From Polyangiaceae bacterium (GTDB taxonomy: Bacteria; Myxococcota_A; Polyangia; Polyangiales; Polyangiaceae), in the NCBI GenBank assembly GCA_965222375.1, contig CBDCTZ010000012.1, positions 288,001 to 352,000 of the forward strand: a stretch of DNA of 64,000 nt. The letters are read 5' to 3'. Positions 58,379 to 64,000 of the stretch are shown here, one piece after another; positions within the stretch are counted from its first letter, which is position 1, and every line of letters starts with the position of its first letter. Under the pieces are notes generated by a model. That model had not been told where the DNA came from and ran no database searches. It was given only the letters and a program-made list of their open reading frames with translations. The translations under genes and the position numbers were made by a program.

Positions 58379-59559
58379 CCCAGCGGATCTTGTTTGCGGG
58401 CGGGGGCACCGGCGGCCATGTGTTTCCGCTGATCGCGGTGGCTGATGCCCTGGCGCAACTTGCACCGAATGTGGAAGTGGTGTTCGTCGGCACGGAACGC
58501 GGCATGGAGACCCGCGTTGTTCCTGAGCGTGGCTATCGCCTCGAGTTGATGGACGTCCTGCCCCTGCGAGGAGGTGGGGTTCGCGGTGCGGCGCGCGGCG
58601 CTTTGCGCGCCACGGGGGCAGTGATCGAAGCCCGCCAATTGGTGCGGCGCGTTGCACCTCGCGCGGTGTTGTCCATTGGCGGCTACGCCGCCGGCCCGGT
58701 CTCCTTATCAGCGCGACTGCAGGGCAAGCCACTGGCGCTGCTGGAGCCCAACAGTGTCATTGGTCTGGCGAATCGACTGATCGCACCGGTGGTGCATCGT
58801 GCCTACACCGCCTTTGAAGGCGCGGAGCGCCACTTTGCAGCCAAGGCAGTGCGTCGGCTGGGCGTGCCCATTCGCCAGGGTTTCGACCCGGTCGCCTACG
58901 GGCGCGTTGCGAGCGTTTTGCGGGTGTTGGTGCTCGGTGGAAGCCAGGGCGCCCGCCGCCTCAACGAATCCGTGCCCGAGGCGCTTTCGCTTGCGAAGAC
59001 GCCGGTGCGTGTCGTGCATCAATGTGGCCGCGCAGACGTGGATGACGTTCGCGCGCGCTATCAAGATCTTGGAGCCGCCAAGGTCGCGCAAGTCACGCCC
59101 TTCATCGAAGACATGCCTGCGGCGATTCGCGACGCTGATCTCGTCATTGCCCGCAGTGGTGCAAGCGCCGTCAGTGAGATTTGTGCCGTGGGTCGGCCTA
59201 GCTTGCTGGTGCCTTACCCCTACGCCGCGGGAGATCACCAGCGCGTCAACGCTGAAGAGCTCGCTCGAGATGGCGCTTCCGTCTGGATATCCAACGACGC
59301 CGCTACGCCGCAGGAGTTCGCACGGCAGCTCGATCGATTGCACCAGGAGCCGGGGCGCTTGGAAGCCATGGCGGAAGCCGCACGCGCGCGAGGCCTCCCC
59401 AACGCGGCGATCGACATCGCAACGGACTTGCTGCAACTCGCCGGTATGGCGGAAGCGGGCGAGCTAGGTCGAGCCCGGCCTGGCGGAACTCGGGACGCCG
59501 ATGACGACGAACACTGCGAACTGTCCAGCGCGGCCTTTGCTGGGGCCATGAGGAGCTGA
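58375..59559 (+). CDS. murG: Lipid II GlcNAc transferase
   Basis: GGGTGGHVFP, GGSQGA, RSGAS, HQRVNA. Confidence 0.97.
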   Translation: MTQRILFAGGGTGGHVFPLIAVADALAQLAPNVEVVFVGTERGMETRVVPERGYRLELMDVLPLRGGGVRGAARGALRATGAVIEARQLVRRVAPRAVLSIGGYAAGPVSLSARLQGKPLALLEPNSVIGLANRLIAPVVHRAYTAFEGAERHFAAKAVRRLGVPIRQGFDPVAYGRVASVLRVLVLGGSQGARRLNESVPEALSLAKTPVRVVHQCGRADVDDVRARYQDLGAAKVAQVTPFIEDMPAAIRDADLVIARSGASAVSEICAVGRPSLLVPYPYAAGDHQRVNAEELARDGASVWISNDAATPQEFARQLDRLHQEPGRLEAMAEAARARGLPNAAIDIATDLLQLAGMAEAGELGRARPGGTRDADDDEHCELSSAAFAGAMRS

Positions 59560-59563
59560 GTCG

Positions 59564-60955
59564 ATGTTTCGCGGACGGGTTCGGCACGTGCACTTCATCG
59601 GAGTCGGAGGCATCGGTATGAGCGGCCTGGCTGAAATCCTGCGCACGCTCGAGTTCGATGTCTCCGGTTCGGATCTGCGAAAAGGGGAGAACACCGCTCG
59701 GTTGGAGCGACTCGGCGTCAAGATCTGCGTGGGCCACCGTCGCGAGAACGTTCAGGGCTCGGATGTGGTCGTGTACTCCAGCGCAATCTCCGCGGAAAAC
59801 CCAGAGATGCAGGAGGCCAACGCCCTGGGCATCCCGGTGATCACCCGGGCGGTGATGCTTGCCGAGCTCATGCGCGTCAAATATGGCGTCGCGATTGCGG
59901 GCTCTCACGGAAAGACCACGACGACCTCGTTGGTCGCGACGGTGCTGCGCGCCGCCGGCTACGACCCTACGGTGGTCGTGGGAGGCCGCATGGCTGCGCT
60001 GGGTTCAAACGCACGGCTCGGCGCTGGAGATCTCTTGGTCGCGGAGGCGGACGAAAGCGATGGGTCGTTTCTTCGCTTAGCACCCACGATTGGTGTGGTG
60101 ACGAACATCGACCCGGAGCACCTGGATTTCTACGGAACTCACGAACAGCTCAAGGAGGCGTTCGTCGAGTTCATCGAAAAGGTGCCTTTCTATGGTTTGG
60201 CGGTGCTGTGCCTCGATCATCCAGATGTACAGGATCTCCTGCCACGGATCCGAAGCCGCCACGTGACTTACGGACTGTCGCCTCAGGCGGACTATCACGC
60301 GCGAGCTCTTCGCTCGAGCGGCATTATCTCCAGCTTCGTGGTGTATGGGCGCGGGCAACCGCTGGGGGAATTCACCGTCCGCATGCCCGGCAACCACAAT
60401 GTGCTCAATTGCCTAGCGGCGATTGCGGTTGCGGACGAACTCGAAGTGCCTCTGGACGAGATGAAGCAGGCCCTCGCCACGTTTACGGGGGTGGCTCGGC
60501 GCTTCAGCATCGTTGCCGAAGAGCGCGGTGTGGCCCTGGTCGATGACTACGGTCACCATCCAGCAGAGGTCACGGCCACCTTGGCCGCCGCTCGCCGGGC
60601 GTACTCAGGACGGGTGCTAGTTGCATTCCAACCCCATCGCTATTCACGCACCGAGCAGTGTTTTGACGAATTCTGTCGTGCTTTCAACGATGCCGACGCC
60701 CTCTACGTCACGGACATCTATGCCGCTGGAGAGTCGCCCATCCCGGGAATCAGCTCCGAGCACCTGGTGCGTGGGGTAGCGGAACACGGTCATCATGCCG
60801 TCCGTTACGCTGCCGACCGTGAAGAGCTCGCCAAGGGTTTGGCCCAGGAGGCGGATCCAGGCGATGTGGTGATTGCTCTCGGTGCCGGCGACATCAATCG
60901 GATCCTGGACCCCGTGGCGAAGGCGCTGCGAGCACGTGGGGAGCCCCAAGCATGA
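59564..60955 (+). CDS. murC: UDP-MurNAc-L-Ala ligase
   Basis: GVGGIGMSG, GSHGKTTT, EADESD, DDYGHHP, FQPHRYSR. Confidence 0.98.
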   Translation: MFRGRVRHVHFIGVGGIGMSGLAEILRTLEFDVSGSDLRKGENTARLERLGVKICVGHRRENVQGSDVVVYSSAISAENPEMQEANALGIPVITRAVMLAELMRVKYGVAIAGSHGKTTTTSLVATVLRAAGYDPTVVVGGRMAALGSNARLGAGDLLVAEADESDGSFLRLAPTIGVVTNIDPEHLDFYGTHEQLKEAFVEFIEKVPFYGLAVLCLDHPDVQDLLPRIRSRHVTYGLSPQADYHARALRSSGIISSFVVYGRGQPLGEFTVRMPGNHNVLNCLAAIAVADELEVPLDEMKQALATFTGVARRFSIVAEERGVALVDDYGHHPAEVTATLAAARRAYSGRVLVAFQPHRYSRTEQCFDEFCRAFNDADALYVTDIYAAGESPIPGISSEHLVRGVAEHGHHAVRYAADREELAKGLAQEADPGDVVIALGAGDINRILDPVAKALRARGEPQA

Positions 60956-61854
60956 GTCGAAGAAAACGCGCCCACGGCGATCACATGCCGGCCCCGAATG
61001 AGCAGGGCTCTGTAGACGGCGAGAGCCCGCTGCCGCCGGCGGCCAAGCAGCGGCGCACGGCGGTCGGGCAGAGTGTGCCACCAGGGCCTCCCGGGACGTG
61101 GTCCAAAGTGTGGTCGGGCGTCAAGCTGCTATCGGGCGTGCTGCTCGTCGTTGGAATCAGCTTGGCCGTTGCCTGGGGCGCCCATCGCTACGCTCTGACG
61201 ACGCATCGCTTCGCTATTCGCAAAGTCGAGGTTCAAGGCGCAACCAAGCGAAGCGACGACCAAATTCTCGCGTTGATGAATGTGAAGGTCGGCGACAACA
61301 TTTTTTCCGTAGACACCGTCGTCGCCGAGCAGCGAGTGCTGGAGGACCCTTGGCTCAAAGAAGTGAAGATCTCCAGGGACCTTCCCAATACCCTGAAGGT
61401 CGAGCTAAAGGAACGCTCCGCCGTGGCCCTCGCGAGCATCGGGGATCAGATCTACCTGGTGACCCGAAGTGGTGAGCCCTTCAAGAGGCTGGAGGATGGT
61501 GACCCCTACGATCTGCCCGTGATTACGGGGATCAAACCTGATGGAGTCCGCCACCATCGCGACCGGGAAGTCGCCCGCTTGGCGACCGGCATCGAGGTCG
61601 TACGACACTGGGAGCGAATCAGCCTTTCGAAGACCTACCCCGCCCAGGAAGTGCACCTGACCCAAGGCGGCGACGTGGTGCTCATGGTGGGCAAAAGCGG
61701 GATCGCTTTGCACCTCGGTCCTGGGCCTTGGCGCAAGAAACTGCTGATGGCTCAGCGGGTGATGTTGCGTATGAGCGCGAAAGGGCGCATGCCCGGCATC
61801 GTATTTTTGGACAATTTGGCCCACCCGGAGCGGGTGGTCGTACGTATGCGGTGA
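60952..61854 (+). CDS. ftsQ: Cell division protein FtsQ
   Basis: TM helix plus POTRA (PWLKEVKISRDLPNTL), DLPVITG; directly before ftsA. Confidence 0.9.
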   Translation: MSRRKRAHGDHMPAPNEQGSVDGESPLPPAAKQRRTAVGQSVPPGPPGTWSKVWSGVKLLSGVLLVVGISLAVAWGAHRYALTTHRFAIRKVEVQGATKRSDDQILALMNVKVGDNIFSVDTVVAEQRVLEDPWLKEVKISRDLPNTLKVELKERSAVALASIGDQIYLVTRSGEPFKRLEDGDPYDLPVITGIKPDGVRHHRDREVARLATGIEVVRHWERISLSKTYPAQEVHLTQGGDVVLMVGKSGIALHLGPGPWRKKLLMAQRVMLRMSAKGRMPGIVFLDNLAHPERVVVRMR

Positions 61855-61984
61855 GTGTGGGATGCCCCCGAAATCGCACGAGAAAATTTGGCCCGGAAAT
61901 CGCGTGCATGGCAGCGTCGGACCGAGCCTGAGTCCCTGCTGTGGGACCTGGATTTGGACTGGATATTCGAGGAGCCACTGAGCG

Positions 61985-63241
61985 ATGAGATACCCCCTGG
62001 AGACCCCCGACATCATAGTCGGGCTCGACCTTGGAACGACCAAGGTTTCGGCGGTCGTGGGCGAAGTTGACGCGGATGGCATCACGGTGCTCGGAGTAGG
62101 CAACGTGCCCTGTCGCGGGCTGCGCAAGGGTGTTGTCAGCAATATCGAATGGACCGTGCGGAGCATTCGTGAGGCAATCGACGCTGCGCAGACCATGGCA
62201 GGCGTGGAGATTCGAACCGTCTACGCCGGAGTCGCCGGCAGTCACATCCGCAGCTTGATGAGCGACGGCGTCTGCGCGATCAGCGGTCGCGAGGTTACCC
62301 GAGCGGATTTGGAACGGGTCCTGGAAGGCGCTCGGGCAATTCCGGTGGATGCGGATCGGATGATCCTGCACGCGTTGCCGAGGGAGTACGTCGTCGACAA
62401 TCAAGACGGCATCCGCGATCCCATCGGCATGAGCGGAGTGCGCCTACAGGTTCGAGTGAACTTGGTGACCGCGGCGACCAGCTGCATCCAAAACGTCATT
62501 CGCTGTGTCGAGCGCTGTGGTCTCAGTGTTGCGGATGTGGTGCTGGAGCCTCTAGCCAGCGCAGACGCCGTTCTCTCCGAAGACGAAAAAGAAATCGGTG
62601 TTGCGGTCATCGACATCGGCGGTGGCACGACGGATCTGATTCTGTATGCCGATGGCGGCATCGCGCATACCTCGGTGATCCCCGCAGGCGGGAACAACAT
62701 CACGAGTGATGTTGCCGCGGGCCTGCGCACGCCTGTTGCTGAGGCTGAACGCCTCAAGCGCAACTACGGCTGCGCCTTGGGGCGCATGATCGCCGATGAC
62801 GAGGAAATCGAGGTCCCGGGCGTAGGTGGCCACTCGCCGCGCCGTGTTGCACGGCGGTTGCTTTCGGACATCATCGAGCCTCGGGTCGAAGAGATTTTCA
62901 GCGAGGCGCGCCGTCGCATCGAGGAGACAGGTTTGCTCGAACAGGTCAGTTCCGGGGCGGTGCTGACTGGGGGTGCGTCGCTGATGGAGGGCATGAACGA
63001 GTGCGCGGAGGAGATCCTCGGCATGCCGGTGCGTCTCGGCTTCCCGGTGGGCGTCAAGGGCATCGTGCAATTGGTGCAAGGCCCTCAGTATGCCACGGGC
63101 GTTGGGCTGGTGCGTTACGGCGCGCAGCACCTTGCGGAAGCATACCACCGCGGTGAGGCGCCGCGAATACCAGTGTCGGAAGAGCCGGAAGTGGCACAGC
63201 GGAAGAATGGTTTTTGGGGTTGGCTACGCGCAGCGTTTTGA
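61985..63241 (+). CDS. ftsA: Cell division protein FtsA
   Basis: GLDLGTTK, GLRKGVV, DIGGGTTD, AERLK, VLTGG; GAGGAG RBS. Confidence 0.98.
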   Translation: MRYPLETPDIIVGLDLGTTKVSAVVGEVDADGITVLGVGNVPCRGLRKGVVSNIEWTVRSIREAIDAAQTMAGVEIRTVYAGVAGSHIRSLMSDGVCAISGREVTRADLERVLEGARAIPVDADRMILHALPREYVVDNQDGIRDPIGMSGVRLQVRVNLVTAATSCIQNVIRCVERCGLSVADVVLEPLASADAVLSEDEKEIGVAVIDIGGGTTDLILYADGGIAHTSVIPAGGNNITSDVAAGLRTPVAEAERLKRNYGCALGRMIADDEEIEVPGVGGHSPRRVARRLLSDIIEPRVEEIFSEARRRIEETGLLEQVSSGAVLTGGASLMEGMNECAEEILGMPVRLGFPVGVKGIVQLVQGPQYATGVGLVRYGAQHLAEAYHRGEAPRIPVSEEPEVAQRKNGFWGWLRAAF

Positions 63242-63389
63242 GGTCAGCACCGAATTTGGAGTTTTTTGAAGGAATAACGGAACAAGGACCAACGGACCGA
63301 TCACGCCCAATAGGGAAGAGGCAGCCCCGGGAGCGATCAGAATAGCGAAGGCGAACGCCTTCGAGCGGAGTACGGGAGGAAAGACGAAA

Positions 63390-64000
63390 ATGAGCTTCTC
63401 GATCGAGTTTGCGGACGAGTCGCAGCAATACCAAGCACGAATCAAAGTGGTTGGTGTCGGCGGCTCTGGCGGCAACGCCGTCAACACCATGATTCACTTC
63501 GGCCTCGAAGGGGTCGAATTCATCAGCGTCAACACGGACGCCCAGGCGCTCAACGGCAATCTGGCGCCGGTCAAGATCCCGATCGGTCAGGACCTGACTC
63601 GGGGGCTAGGCGCTGGCGCGGATCCCGAGCGCGGCCGGAAGGCGGCTCTGGAGGACGTGCAGCGCATCAAAGAGGCCATCACCGGCGCTGACATGGTTTT
63701 CGTCACCGCCGGAATGGGCGGTGGCACGGGAACCGGTGCGGCACCTATCATTGCCCAGTTGGCCCGGGAAGAAGGCGCACTGGCGGTGGGCGTGGTCACC
63801 AAGCCTTTCGTTTTCGAAGGCAAGAAGCGTGGCAAGCAAGCCGACCACGGGCTGACCCAACTCAATGAGCATGTGGACACGCTGATCACCATCCCCAACG
63901 AAAAACTCCTCAGTCTCGCCGACGACGAGTTGACGTTCATGGAGGCGTTCCGCAAGGCAGATGAGGTCTTGTTTCAGGCGGTCAAGGGCATCAGTGATCT
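63390..64000 (+). CDS. ftsZ: Cell division protein FtsZ (3' truncated by window)
   Basis: GGAGGA RBS, ATG 63390; [39 protein letters not shown]. Confidence 0.98.
   Translation, partial: MSFSIEFADESQQYQARIKVVGVGGSGGNAVNTMIHFGLEGVEFISVNTDAQALNGNLAPVKIPIGQDLTRGLGAGADPERGRKAALEDVQRIKEAITGADMVFVTAGMGGGTGTGAAPIIAQLAREEGALAVGVVTKPFVFEGKKRGKQADHGLTQLNEHVDTLITIPNEKLLSLADDELTFMEAFRKADEVLFQAVKGISD

Noticed and set aside
61855..62070. 71-aa ORF between ftsQ and ftsA
   Set aside because: Overlaps ftsA by 86 nt in another frame, with no RBS or recognisable motif.

Overview
High-GC bacterial chromosomal window. Its gene content (Gly-linker/Cys-rich lipoproteins, myxobacterial disulfide repeats, sigma54 promoters) points to Myxococcota, probably Polyangiales; this assignment is inference. 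The last ~16 kb is a dcw cell-wall/division cluster (mraZ-rsmH-ftsL-ftsI-murE-murF-mraY-murD-ftsW-murG-murC-ftsQ-ftsA-ftsZ) with no murB or ddl. The first ~47 kb holds housekeeping genes: a carboxyltransferase end, threonine-synthase-like, TruC-like, thiE, holB, uvrC, rsmE and TamA/TamB-like genes, and a B12-binding domain. Mixed among them are many predicted surface lipoproteins: two with somatomedin-B-like domains, a 1431-aa metzincin, a tandem pair of ~770-aa vWA lipoproteins and a vWA/Cys-rich pair. The most unusual element is at ~17.1-17.7 kb and is missed by the ORF track. It is a branched, highly paired leader with GAA/TTC-triloop hairpins, followed by a strong RBS, a four-helix-bundle (23S-IVS/Avd-like) gene interrupted by an in-frame amber codon, and a closing hairpin. 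No rRNA, tRNA, CRISPR array, reverse transcriptase or transposase was recognised. All family calls are by eye from motifs; no database searches were run.
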